IMG/VR virus record: IMGVR_UViG_3300025687_000048
Span: 1 to 59,799 of that record
DNA from: a virus
Lineage: Duplodnaviria; Caudoviricetes
Strand: one strand, 5' to 3'
DNA length: 59,799 nucleotides
The position numbers and the translations under genes are program-made. This document shows positions 46,469 to 55,376 of the stretch, piece after piece (position 1 is the stretch's first letter; every line of letters begins with the position of its first letter). The notes beneath the pieces were generated by a model, which searched no databases, was not told the DNA's origin, and saw only the letters and a list, made by a program, of their open reading frames with translations.

Positions 46469-46695
46469 TTGCGCATGAGCCTCGGAAACTCGACCGGGTC
46501 GAACAGGAGCTTGCCGTCCTTGGGCATGTTCCAGGTGGTGCAGACCTCGTTGCGGATAGGCATGACCTCCCTGCCGTGGTGGATCGCCTGCCTCACTCGA
46601 CGACGTAGGCGCCTGTGTGCGTTGCGCTTGTCCCACTTCTCGCTGTCGGCACAGGTCACCCCACAGATGGGTGTCTTCCGGCGTGACCGGGACAT
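46465..46695 (-). CDS. Small Arg-rich protein (76 aa)
   Basis: MSRSRRKTPI...SEKWDK...WNMPKDGK. Confidence 0.7.
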   Translation of the reverse strand: MSRSRRKTPICGVTCADSEKWDKRNAHRRLRRRVRQAIHHGREVMPIRNEVCTTWNMPKDGKLLFDPVEFPRLMRK

Positions 46696-47033
46696 CACGC
46701 GGCACGCCTCTGGCGGGTCTCGAAGAACCCGTCCAGTTCCGGCTCGTCGTCCATGAGCCTGCGGGCGTAGAGCGCACGGTAGGAGTTGTTCAGCTTCCAC
46801 TCCTCCCCGGTGGTGGCCAGGGACGACCACCGGAGAACCTCGAACATCTGATTGATCGAGCCTCTGTCTTTGCCGGCGCGGCTCTGTCCGAGGGCCATGT
46901 GGGCCAGCGCCTTGTAGACGTGGGGGTTCGCCGCATGGAAGGCGAGGAACGCCTGCTCGACGGAGTCGGTGGGGTTCCGCCGCACGTCGTTGAGAGGAAG
47001 CCCCAGCTGCTCCAGAGGGAGGGTCTGGTTCAC
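46695..47033 (-). CDS. Conserved phage hypothetical protein (112 aa)
   Basis: FHAANPHVY...FEVLRW...KLNNSYRALYAR pattern. Confidence 0.7.
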   Translation of the reverse strand: MNQTLPLEQLGLPLNDVRRNPTDSVEQAFLAFHAANPHVYKALAHMALGQSRAGKDRGSINQMFEVLRWSSLATTGEEWKLNNSYRALYARRLMDDEPELDGFFETRQRRAA

Positions 47034-47623
47034 GCGAACGGCTCCCTCTCCTGCTCCTTCCACTGGGCAGAGCGGAGATCCCAGTAGGCAGGCGTGAGGC
47101 GCGGGTCGACGTGGATGTGGCCGTCGTAGAGGCCGATGCCGCGGAAGCCGACCTCCTTGGCCATCTCGCCGAGGATGCGGATTTGCTGCGGCAGGGGTGT
47201 CCGGGGGGAGATGCGGGGCGATCGCTGTGACGGGGTCAGGTCGAGCGCGAAGCGATTGCTCTCAGGGTGACCGGTGTCCAGCAGTAGGTGTTGGGAGTCC
47301 TCGGCGCCCATGTCGACCTCGGGGCCGAACTCCTCGATCATGCGCTCCCGTAGTTCCTCGGCGGTCCACCGCTGGCCGCGTGCCCTGGCGAGGATGGGGC
47401 CGCGCTCCTCGACGGGGAGGCCGACGACCACGTTGTAGAGCGGATGGCGAAACCCGGAGGTCGCCTGAAGAGGAGCTCCCCACTTCGAGCGCAGCTGCTG
47501 CGCCTTCTCCATTCCCTCGAGGAAGGCGGGACAGACGAGCACATGCCCTGTCAGAGGATCGACGAACTGATCCTCTGACTTCCACTCGAAGTTGGGCGTA
47601 CGCGGCGTGACCGGAAACAGCAT
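47030..47623 (-). CDS. Peptidase M15A-family endolysin
   Basis: TSGFR, SQH, ALD, GIGLY and HIHVD zinc peptidase motifs. Confidence 0.85.
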   Translation of the reverse strand: MLFPVTPRTPNFEWKSEDQFVDPLTGHVLVCPAFLEGMEKAQQLRSKWGAPLQATSGFRHPLYNVVVGLPVEERGPILARARGQRWTAEELRERMIEEFGPEVDMGAEDSQHLLLDTGHPESNRFALDLTPSQRSPRISPRTPLPQQIRILGEMAKEVGFRGIGLYDGHIHVDPRLTPAYWDLRSAQWKEQEREPFA

Positions 47624-47805
47624 GACAACCCCCTTCTGCGACTGGGCCACACCAGACGCCGGATGGGTAGGCACCCGGCGCCCGGTGGACCCGTGAAGGA
47701 CAGAGCAGTCGCTTGGGGAAGGGGTAGGGTGGGTAGAGTCACCCGGGGCCTCCTCACCTGCTCCGTCCTGTGCTGGACCCGCGGGGCCTTCACCTCCCAC
47801 AGATC

Positions 47806-47869
47806 CAGAACGACAAACTGGCGGATACCTCGATCACCCGTGTCCAGGTGGTGAAGGCACCCGCCAGCG
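47806..47869 (-). terminator. Terminator-like hairpin in the late leader
   Basis: ctggcgggtgcct...aggtatccgccag followed by UUUGUCGUU on the - strand. Confidence 0.55.
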
Positions 47870-47937
47870 TTCAGCGCGGGACTCGAATGGTCCCGTATGT
47901 CGTTGTTGGAGAGCGTTCTTCCTCTCCCATGACACTG

Positions 47938-47966
47938 AAGGTCTCGGGCCTACATGCCCATGTCAA
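47938..47966 (-). promoter_or_regulatory. Leftward (late) sigma70-like promoter
   Basis: TTGACA-17 bp-GACCTT. Confidence 0.55.
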
Positions 47967-48146
47967 GCACGATCCTCTTGCATAATCCCCACAAAGAAAT
48001 GCGTGGCTCCCGCAAAAAACATATCATGTGGTATACCTCTGAGGATGCAAGAAACCCATGACCCCTATCACGCGCCTATTGTGATGATCGTGGTTGCATT
48101 AGTCATGTAACTTCGCCATGTTGCCCCACACCGAACGCAGGTTGAG

Positions 48147-48434
48147 ATGATCGAGTCCTTGGTGAAGGCGATCGTGTTCTCTGGTGGGATGTTCTGGGTT
48201 GGGTTACGGCTCAACACTACGTTGGGACCGCAGATCCTCGCCGGCTTGGTCGCGGGGGTGGTGATCGGTATTTTTCGAGGCTTCTCGGTCTTTCTGGTAT
48301 TCGGGTTTACCCTTGCCCCCCTGCTATACTGGAGACTCCGGGCCAATGCGAACTGGAAGGCCCTCTACTTCGTAGCCCTGGTGTTCGCCTTTCTCGTCGA
48401 GGGCGCCATCGCTATTGCTGAGTCGGGACAGTGA
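48147..48434 (+). CDS. Membrane protein (95 aa), possible superinfection exclusion
   Basis: 3-4 hydrophobic segments; in the immunity region. Confidence 0.55.
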   Translation: MIESLVKAIVFSGGMFWVGLRLNTTLGPQILAGLVAGVVIGIFRGFSVFLVFGFTLAPLLYWRLRANANWKALYFVALVFAFLVEGAIAIAESGQ

Positions 48435-48438
48435 CTAC

Positions 48439-48702
48439 ATGGAACAGCAGAATACCATCCGATACAAACTCCGCTTGAGGGTGGAAAAGATCGAGCGGTC
48501 CAGGAAGACAGCCGGCCTCACGCAGGAGGAGTTCGCGGAGCGATGTGGGACGTTCGGTGTCAGCTGGTACCGGGAGGTCTTGCGCGAGACGCGAGCAGGG
48601 CGATCCCCCAACGTGACCCTTGAGTTCGTGGCGGGCGTCCTGAGTGCTCTCGGATGGACGCTCGATCAGGTGGTCGAGCAAATTGCATCCAAACCGGCGT
48701 AG
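48439..48702 (+). CDS. XRE/Cro-CI HTH regulator (87 aa)
   Basis: RKTAGLTQEEFAERCG...NVTLEFVAGVLSALG. Confidence 0.8.
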   Translation: MEQQNTIRYKLRLRVEKIERSRKTAGLTQEEFAERCGTFGVSWYREVLRETRAGRSPNVTLEFVAGVLSALGWTLDQVVEQIASKPA

Positions 48703-48709
48703 TTTTTCC

Positions 48710-48737
48710 TTGCATTTCCTACGCCAGTGTGTATCTT
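48710..48737 (+). promoter_or_regulatory. Rightward early promoter
   Basis: TTGCAT-16 bp-TATCTT in an AT-richer intergenic region. Confidence 0.55.
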
Positions 48738-48880
48738 GCATTGCATAGAGCGTTGCACCGGTCCCAGCCCCCGATGAAGCGGCTGGCCTTGAACACTGGC
48801 GGGAGCACCGCACTTGCGTAGGTCTGTGATGTAGGTACAAAAAGAGGCCGACCATCGGGGTTTCTCTTGGCGGAGACCCG

Positions 48881-49408
48881 ATGGCCGACCCGGTCGCAGA
48901 GCAAGTCGGGTTCCCCAAGCGATGGAGGCCCTCGTTGTCTACTGACGTTCAACGTACCCGAGGAAGTGTAACTCCGCAACGGGTTTTTTCCGTTGTCTCG
49001 GACGACATGGCGTGTCGTCCGACGAACCTGTCGAAGCATCTGATCCGCTCCGAGGCGCTCGAGAAGGGCGCGGAGCTGGTCCGCGAAGTGTTCCAGGTTC
49101 TGCTGCCCGGGCAGTCCCGTCCGGTCGGCGTGTTCGTCACGGCGCTCGGCTACCCCGCTCACCTGAGCGGTCAGGGCGAGGGCGCCGAGCCCGCTCACAT
49201 CGACATCGAGTCCGCTGTGCTGGCTGACGGGGATCTCACCCCCGTCGACGTGGACGAGTCCGTGCGCCTGCTGCTGGAGGAGGTCGTGGCTGACTTCCTC
49301 GCTGCTCAGGAGGAGCGCCGGATGATGGTCGCTGCACTGGAGGCGGAGGATCGCCTGCTGGAGCAGCAAGAGCACGCAGACTTCGCTGATGACGGCGAGG
49401 TCTGGTGA
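48881..49408 (+). CDS. Hypothetical early protein (start uncertain)
   Basis: Stop coupled to the next ATG; acidic C-terminus. Confidence 0.55.
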   Translation: MADPVAEQVGFPKRWRPSLSTDVQRTRGSVTPQRVFSVVSDDMACRPTNLSKHLIRSEALEKGAELVREVFQVLLPGQSRPVGVFVTALGYPAHLSGQGEGAEPAHIDIESAVLADGDLTPVDVDESVRLLLEEVVADFLAAQEERRMMVAALEAEDRLLEQQEHADFADDGEVW

Positions 49409-49812
49409 TGCGCACGATCAACGTCGCCGGCCTCTACCCTGGCCTGACTGTTCAGGACGGGAGCGTCACTCACGTCGTCACCGATGTCGTCCACTCTCGG
49501 CGTCGAATCGACGTCGAGTTCGACGATGGCGACATCGAGAGCTACTTCCCCTACGAGCAGGTGGACGTCCTCCAGATCGAGGCACGCGAGTTCGTCGCCA
49601 ACCCGCGTGAGCACCTACTTCCGTTCGACCACGGCTACCCGTTCCAGCCCAACGAGAGCATCGCCGAGGGCGCGGGCCGGCAGCGCCTCGAAATGGAAGC
49701 GAGCTACATCGCCAAGACGCGGTCTACCTGCTGCGCCGCGGAGTTGCGGGCAGAGAGGGAGTACGGCCACACCTCGTTCCACTGCACCGCGTGCGGGGAG
49801 CGCCATCCATGA
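49408..49812 (+). CDS. Hypothetical protein with C-terminal Zn ribbon
   Basis: STCC...CTACG. Confidence 0.6.
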   Translation: MRTINVAGLYPGLTVQDGSVTHVVTDVVHSRRRIDVEFDDGDIESYFPYEQVDVLQIEAREFVANPREHLLPFDHGYPFQPNESIAEGAGRQRLEMEASYIAKTRSTCCAAELRAEREYGHTSFHCTACGERHP

Positions 49813-50121
49813 ACACTGCCGATCCCACGGAGCAGGAGATGATCGACGCCGAGGAGCGGGCCATCTCTGAGGAGGTCGCCATGAAGAGATGGCGCGTCAC
49901 CGCCCTCCTCCTCATGGCCGAGATGGTCGAGAGCGGGGACGCATGACTGCCGCGAACCGCCACCGGATCGACCGGGCTCGCCTTGAACAAGCGAAGCGTT
50001 CGTGGAAGCCGGGTGGGGTGGGACGCCCCACCCGGCAGGACTTCACCCACTGCCTGCTCCTCAAAGCGACGATTCTCGCTACGGGCTACTGGGTCATTCG
50101 CGTTCTGCAAGGAGTGCTGTG

Positions 50122-50724
50122 ATGGAAGCGTTGAAGCTGTACGAGGGCTACCTCCTCGATGAGGAGACGGTAGCTGAGATCGAAGAAGCGTTCCCTGGGC
50201 ATGAGTCAGACCCTGTTTTTACCGAGATGGTTGTGCCCGGGGAGTGGATGCCCAGCGACGAGGACGAGGCCACCGTCGACCGCTATCTGCGTGCCCTGCG
50301 CTACTTCCGCGGCGAGAGGGATCGCGTGCAAACCGCAGTGAAGGAAGAGCGGGAGCGCCTCCAGGCCGCGATGATGGCCGAGGAGGAGCGACTCGTAGAG
50401 TGGGAGACCAAGCACTCCCGCAAGGCCGTCAGAGGCATTGCCTTCTTGGAATACAGACTGCGTCTGTTCTCCGAGTCCGTGGGCAGGACGAAGCGCGTCT
50501 CCCCCGCGGGCACCCTGTCGTGGCGGAAGGGGTCGCATAGCGTCGAGATCGCGGACCCGGAGGCGTTCTGCGAGAAGCACGCCGGCACCGAACTGGTGCG
50601 CGTGAAGGCCGAGCCCAACAGGACGGCGATCAAGCAGCACGCCACCGCCACCGGAGAGATCCCCGAGGGCGCCGACATCGTCCGCGGCCCGGACACCTTC
50701 AAGATCACGACGGAAGGAAGCTGA
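50122..50724 (+). CDS. Mu Gam-like / Gp157-like DNA end-binding protein
   Basis: GTLSWRK...VRVKAEPNRTAIK...IPEGA; adjacent to ERF. Confidence 0.75.
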   Translation: MEALKLYEGYLLDEETVAEIEEAFPGHESDPVFTEMVVPGEWMPSDEDEATVDRYLRALRYFRGERDRVQTAVKEERERLQAAMMAEEERLVEWETKHSRKAVRGIAFLEYRLRLFSESVGRTKRVSPAGTLSWRKGSHSVEIADPEAFCEKHAGTELVRVKAEPNRTAIKQHATATGEIPEGADIVRGPDTFKITTEGS

Positions 50725-50729
50725 ACGCG

Positions 50730-51425
50730 ATGATGACCACTGAGCAGTCCCCCGACATCGGCAACCTCGCTGCGGCGCTGGCCAAGGTGCAGGGAGCCCT
50801 CCAGCCGGCCAAGCGCGACAGCACGGGGCAGATCGGCCAAACCAAGCGCAAGTACGCCGACCTGGAGTCGGTCGTCGCGGCCTGCCGCGAGATCCTCTCA
50901 ACGAACGAGGTCGCGGTGATGCAGACCGGCGAGACGATGGACGGTCAGCCCTACCTCGCCACTACCCTCGCGCACAGCAGCGGCGAGTGGATCAGGGGCC
51001 GCATCCCGATCCTGTTCAGCGAGGAGCGCCAGCTGTCCGACGCGCAGACGATGGGCAAGGCCATGACCTACTGCCGGCGCTACGGCTTGGCTGCTCTGGT
51101 CGGCGTCACCGTCGAGGACGACGACGGCGCCAGTGCCGGACAGGGGGGCCGACGATCGGAGCGCCAGCAGACAGCACCCCAGATCAACGGCAACGAGCCC
51201 AACCCTGCCCGCGAGCCCGACGGCAAGGTCTGTTTGCAGTTCAATGTCGAGAGAACGGACGACTGGAAGAAGGCTCTGCACGACGCCGGGTTCAGGTGGG
51301 ACGCCGACAAGAACTCCTACCGGGCGCCCGTCACCGACAAGTCGGTAGCCTTCGCTCAGAACTGCGTGACCGACTGCGGCGAGCAGCTGCGGTGGCACCG
51401 AATCCCCGAACCGGAGGCAGCATGA
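50730..51425 (+). CDS. erf: ERF-family ssDNA annealing protein
   Basis: [36 protein letters not shown]. Confidence 0.9.
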   Translation: MMTTEQSPDIGNLAAALAKVQGALQPAKRDSTGQIGQTKRKYADLESVVAACREILSTNEVAVMQTGETMDGQPYLATTLAHSSGEWIRGRIPILFSEERQLSDAQTMGKAMTYCRRYGLAALVGVTVEDDDGASAGQGGRRSERQQTAPQINGNEPNPAREPDGKVCLQFNVERTDDWKKALHDAGFRWDADKNSYRAPVTDKSVAFAQNCVTDCGEQLRWHRIPEPEAA

Positions 51426-51850
51426 GTCGCGGCGTCAACAAGGTCATCCTCATCGGAAATCTCGGGAGCGATCCCGAGGTCAAGTACACCCAGAGCAACA
51501 CGGCGGTCGCCAACGTCAGTCTGGCAACGAACGAGTCATGGAAGGACCGCGAGGGCCAGAAGCAGGAGCGCACCGAGTGGCACCGTCTGGTGCTGTGGAG
51601 CAAGCTGGCCGACATCGCCGCCCAGTATCTGAAGAAGGGCGACCCGGTCTACATCGAAGGCAAGCTCCAGACACGCAGTTACGACAAGGAGGGGGTGACG
51701 GTCTACACCACGGAGATCGTGGTCTCGGACCTGAAGATGCTGGGAAGCGGCGGAGAGAAGAGCAGCACCCCGCCCCCACGGGCATCCACGCCTCCTCTCT
51801 CCGGCCCGCCGCCGTCGAGCAACATCGACGACGACGACCTGCCCTTCTGA
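51422..51850 (+). CDS. ssb: Single-stranded DNA-binding protein
   Basis: [31 protein letters not shown] tail. Confidence 0.97.
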   Translation: MSRGVNKVILIGNLGSDPEVKYTQSNTAVANVSLATNESWKDREGQKQERTEWHRLVLWSKLADIAAQYLKKGDPVYIEGKLQTRSYDKEGVTVYTTEIVVSDLKMLGSGGEKSSTPPPRASTPPLSGPPPSSNIDDDDLPF

Positions 51851-51950
51851 TCGGTATGACGTGCGATGGCGGTGTGCGACCCATGTCCGGTTGGGAGAAC
51901 TGGGCAACGGGGAGCGCGGGGCACTGTCATCGCACGTCAACCGAGTTCCT

Positions 51951-52367
51951 ATGCAGCTGAAGAAGGTGAAACGGAGTCGCGTGGATAAGCGGCGGCGGAA
52001 GACCCTCGAGGACAACCTCGATGCCGCTGCCAGTCTGTATGCACGCGACCGAGATGGTTGGAAGTGTCGCAAGTGCGGTGCCCAGAAGACGCGCTACAAC
52101 CTTCACGCGCACCACATCTGCAAGCGGTCCCGCCTGCCGACCCGGTGGGCACCTGAGAACCTCGTCTCGCTGTGTGTGTCCTGTCACCAGTGGGCAGAGG
52201 ATCATCCAGACGACGCCAGGGAATGGGCCGCGCATCTGCTCGGAGAACGGGACTACGACCGCATCGTCCGTGCGTCGATGGGATTGGCGCGGTTCACCGT
52301 CGAGGATCTCGAAGACATGCTCGCAGAGTTTCACAACGGAACACCGAGGGGGGTGATGGATGGCTGA
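51951..52367 (+). CDS. NinG/Rap-like HNH endonuclease
   Basis: RDGWKCRKCG...HAHH...RWAPENLVSLCVSCH. Confidence 0.8.
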   Translation: MQLKKVKRSRVDKRRRKTLEDNLDAAASLYARDRDGWKCRKCGAQKTRYNLHAHHICKRSRLPTRWAPENLVSLCVSCHQWAEDHPDDAREWAAHLLGERDYDRIVRASMGLARFTVEDLEDMLAEFHNGTPRGVMDG

Positions 52368-53376
52368 TTCCCGGTGGCTCCGGCTCGACGCAGGCTGGAT
52401 GGACTCTGAGTGGCTCGCCGTGCTGTCCCCGGGCGCCCGCCTGTCGTGGGTGTCCCTGCTCTCCTACACGAAGCTGGCCGGCACCAAGGGGTCTGTGAAG
52501 GCCCTCTCGCCTGCCGTCGCCGCGAAGCGGTGGGACATCCCGGAAGAGGACGTGCAGGAGATGCTTGACGCGGCACAGAGCGACGGCGCGTTGAGCGTGG
52601 ACGAGGACGGGGATTGGATCGTGACCGCTTGGTCCCGATACCAGGAACCTGACTCTACTGCGAATCGCCGCCAGCGAGATAGACGAAGGCGGCTAAAGAC
52701 CGGCGAGGGATGGGCGGACGGAAAGTCCTGCGAAGCATGCGGGGCGACCGACGATCTAACCCGAGATCACATAGTCCCGCACAGCAAAGGCGGGACAGAC
52801 GATGACAGCAACATTCGAGTTCTCTGCCGCTCATGCAATAGCCGACGTAAGAACGACCCATCATGGGACGATACACACGTCACGCGCGTGACACAAAAGA
52901 CTCGCGTGACATCCGTGACAGGAGGTGTGACCCGTCACGCGACAGAGACAGAGACAGAGACAGAGACAGGTACTACCTCCCCCCTACCCCCCACGGGGGG
53001 GATTGGGGTGGGGGTCTCTTTTCAGAGGCAGGACGAACACATCGGCCAGAAGACAGTCGAACTGTGGAAGGAACTCGATCTCGAAGCTCCGCGGGTCTAC
53101 GACTGGCTACAGGCCGCGGTGAAGGTGTCGAGCCTGTCGGAGCACTTCGAGGACACGGAGATCCTCGATGCGGTGCGCAAGATCGCCCGCATCCCGGATC
53201 TGAGAGCCTGGGCGGGCCGCAGGGGGCCGTCATACCTGTGCGAGTCCGTGAAGGGACGGTTGGTCATCGAGGCGGTGATCGACTGGTCTGACGACCGCAC
53301 GCGAGGCCCATCTGCTGGCCCGCCCAGACAGGAATCCGCCCGGGAGCGGGCAGAGAGGTTGGTGCGAGGGGCATGA
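52360..53376 (+). CDS. Replication initiator with internal HNH domain
   Basis: WLRLD N-terminus, WSRYQ...RQRDRR, iteron linker, ETETET, PLPP; HNH at ~52720-52855. Confidence 0.75.
   Translation: MADSRWLRLDAGWMDSEWLAVLSPGARLSWVSLLSYTKLAGTKGSVKALSPAVAAKRWDIPEEDVQEMLDAAQSDGALSVDEDGDWIVTAWSRYQEPDSTANRRQRDRRRRLKTGEGWADGKSCEACGATDDLTRDHIVPHSKGGTDDDSNIRVLCRSCNSRRKNDPSWDDTHVTRVTQKTRVTSVTGGVTRHATETETETETGTTSPLPPTGGIGVGVSFQRQDEHIGQKTVELWKELDLEAPRVYDWLQAAVKVSSLSEHFEDTEILDAVRKIARIPDLRAWAGRRGPSYLCESVKGRLVIEAVIDWSDDRTRGPSAGPPRQESARERAERLVRGA
52879..52969. repeat. Probable origin iterons
   Basis: Six GTGAC/GTCAC units including the palindrome gtcacgcgcgtgac, then (GACAGA)n. Confidence 0.7.
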
Positions 53377-54008
53377 AGATCAAAGACGACGCCGAGGGAC
53401 GCATCGGCCTGACATCGGTGCTGGCCGGCAACTACACACGCATCACCGATGACCAGATCAATGAACTGTGGCGCCTGCTGGGGAACTGTGAGGTCGACGA
53501 CGTCGCCCAGGCACTTGATGCGCACATCCTGAGCGAGGAAGGTCGGTTCTCCCCGCAGGCGGGTCAGCTGCTCGAGCAGATTCGGCGCACCGAACTGAAG
53601 TCACGCACAAACCCGATGGAGCGAGATCCCTTCAAGGGGCGCTCGAAGAAGGGGCGCCAGAAGGCGCCGATGCCCGACAAGTACCAAGATCCCGAGGGCC
53701 GCAAGCATCTGCTGGTCTGGCCGGTGGACTGTCAGGAGTGCGGGGATACAGGGATCGCCCGGTTCTACCACGACGACCGGAAGAGAGTATGGCTCGCGTC
53801 CGAGGCACTGGAACTGCCGCAGGCCATGTTCGACCGGCTCAAGCGTGCCACGGCGGTCTGTGACTGCGACGAGGGCCGCGGACGCAGTGAGAGGATGTTG
53901 TCGACCGAACACAAGGGACGCACGATGGCCGTCTATCCTCGCCTGGAACACATCCGACAGATGTCCTCACACCGCCGAGATGAACAGATGAGGGAGGTAG
54001 CTGTCTGA
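53373..54008 (+). CDS. Replication accessory / helicase loader-like protein with Cys motifs
   Basis: HILSEEGRFSPQAGQL, CQECGDTG, CDC; follows the initiator. Confidence 0.6.
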   Translation: MKIKDDAEGRIGLTSVLAGNYTRITDDQINELWRLLGNCEVDDVAQALDAHILSEEGRFSPQAGQLLEQIRRTELKSRTNPMERDPFKGRSKKGRQKAPMPDKYQDPEGRKHLLVWPVDCQECGDTGIARFYHDDRKRVWLASEALELPQAMFDRLKRATAVCDCDEGRGRSERMLSTEHKGRTMAVYPRLEHIRQMSSHRRDEQMREVAV

Positions 54009-54238
54009 TGGCACGATCACGCCGCCAACAAGAGGAACGGAAGTCCACCGAGAACCTCCGAGGCCGCGAATCGGGACTGACCCGGGAGCGGATGGAGCTC
54101 CTCACGCGCATCTACCACTCCGCTTCCTACGCCAGTGAGGCAACCGGGTGCGCACCCAACAACCTGACCAGAGCGGCACGGAGATACGGGCTGGAGTTCC
54201 GCCACAGTCGCTATCGAAAGGAGGATCAAGATGGCTGA
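54008..54238 (+). CDS. Small Fis-like HTH protein
   Basis: RIYHSASYASEATGCAPNNLTRAARRYGL. Confidence 0.6.
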   Translation: MARSRRQQEERKSTENLRGRESGLTRERMELLTRIYHSASYASEATGCAPNNLTRAARRYGLEFRHSRYRKEDQDG

Positions 54239-54674
54239 ACTCAGCCTACAGGCTCGTCGCATCGAACTCGTCGAGGACGTCGAGAAACTGGAACGGCAGA
54301 TCGCCCGGGCGGAGAAGAACCTCCGCTTCATGGATCGAGGTCTCCAGCAGCTGGAGACTGAGATCAAGGCCACGAAAGGCCCGACGCACGCCCTGCTGCG
54401 CAACAAGAAGAAGATGCGCGTGACGACCCGAGTCGACGAACAGACTCGGATCGACGGTCTCTACAGCGACCTACGACAGGCACGCAGGCACATCGCCTCG
54501 CTGGAGGCTGAGATCCAGAGACAGACCGCGTCGATGGTGGCCGACCGAGTCGATACCGACATCCGAGAGCGGGCCGGGAACCTCCTCAAGGCCCTGAGCA
54601 GTGTGCGATCCCACGGATACCACTACCCCGAGAACGTCCAGGTAGCAGAAGAGAGACTGAGGGAGGTCGTCTGA
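54231..54674 (+). CDS. Coiled-coil hypothetical protein
   Basis: GGAGG RBS; heptad pattern. Confidence 0.6.
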   Translation: MAELSLQARRIELVEDVEKLERQIARAEKNLRFMDRGLQQLETEIKATKGPTHALLRNKKKMRVTTRVDEQTRIDGLYSDLRQARRHIASLEAEIQRQTASMVADRVDTDIRERAGNLLKALSSVRSHGYHYPENVQVAEERLREVV

Positions 54675-54844
54675 TGGCAAGCGAGTATACGAAGGAACGG
54701 ATCGAGCGAGCAGCACGCATCTACGCTACGAATCGGGACGCAGCTGCGGCACTCGGTTGCACACCCAGTTCGTTCGGGCGGCTCTGCAAGCGACTCGGCG
54801 TCGAGACACCGCGTGCTCGGATGCAGAGGAAGGCCAAGGCATGA
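54674..54844 (+). CDS. Small Fis-like HTH protein (56 aa; not in ORF track)
   Basis: MASEYTKERIERAARIYATNRDAAAALGCTPSSFGRLCKRLGVETP; GGAGG RBS. Confidence 0.7.
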   Translation: MASEYTKERIERAARIYATNRDAAAALGCTPSSFGRLCKRLGVETPRARMQRKAKA

Positions 54845-55077
54845 GCCACTTCACACTCGACAGAGCCATCGGTGGGACACTGGGGCACGGGGAGCGAGAC
54901 TCCTACGTGAAGGACAACTGCTGCGACTGCCCTCCCAGGGGAACGCCACCCTCCCAAGTGTGGGTGTGCGAGGACGGCAAGAAGCGATGCGTGAACCACT
55001 ACGCCAAGCTCCGATGGCAGCGACGGCATGACATTCCGCGCTTCACCGAGTCGGTACAACTGGAGTTGGGAGTATGA
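54841..55077 (+). CDS. Cys-rich hypothetical protein
   Basis: ATGA overlap; CCDC...C...C. Confidence 0.5.
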   Translation: MSHFTLDRAIGGTLGHGERDSYVKDNCCDCPPRGTPPSQVWVCEDGKKRCVNHYAKLRWQRRHDIPRFTESVQLELGV

Positions 55078-55376
55078 CAGATGGAGATGAGGCTGTGACC
55101 AAGACGCCTGACATAGCAGAACTGCGGCGGAAACTCGAAGGGCTTGAGCCGCACAAGGATGAGATCATTGTCGATGCGGTGCGCCGTGGCGTGCCGGGGT
55201 GGGACGACATCGCCGCGCTGCTCGACTCCTACCCCGCCCTGCTGGACCGATGGGAAGCGGCAGAGCGGGTGGCGAAGAAGTTGGAGAGCATGGTCGAGTT
55301 CGGGGATTTGATCGAGGAGTTCGATGACATGCTTGAGATCGCCGCCCTTCTGCGCGGCAAGGAGAACGAAGCGTGA
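55074..55376 (+). CDS. Hypothetical protein
   Basis: Coupled ORF. Confidence 0.55.
   Translation: MTDGDEAVTKTPDIAELRRKLEGLEPHKDEIIVDAVRRGVPGWDDIAALLDSYPALLDRWEAAERVAKKLESMVEFGDLIEEFDDMLEIAALLRGKENEA

Noticed and set aside
48840-48892. Hairpin containing TTGGCGG as a P1 c4/P4 CI-type antisense target
   Set aside because: The hairpin is real, but I could not identify a matching antisense RNA.
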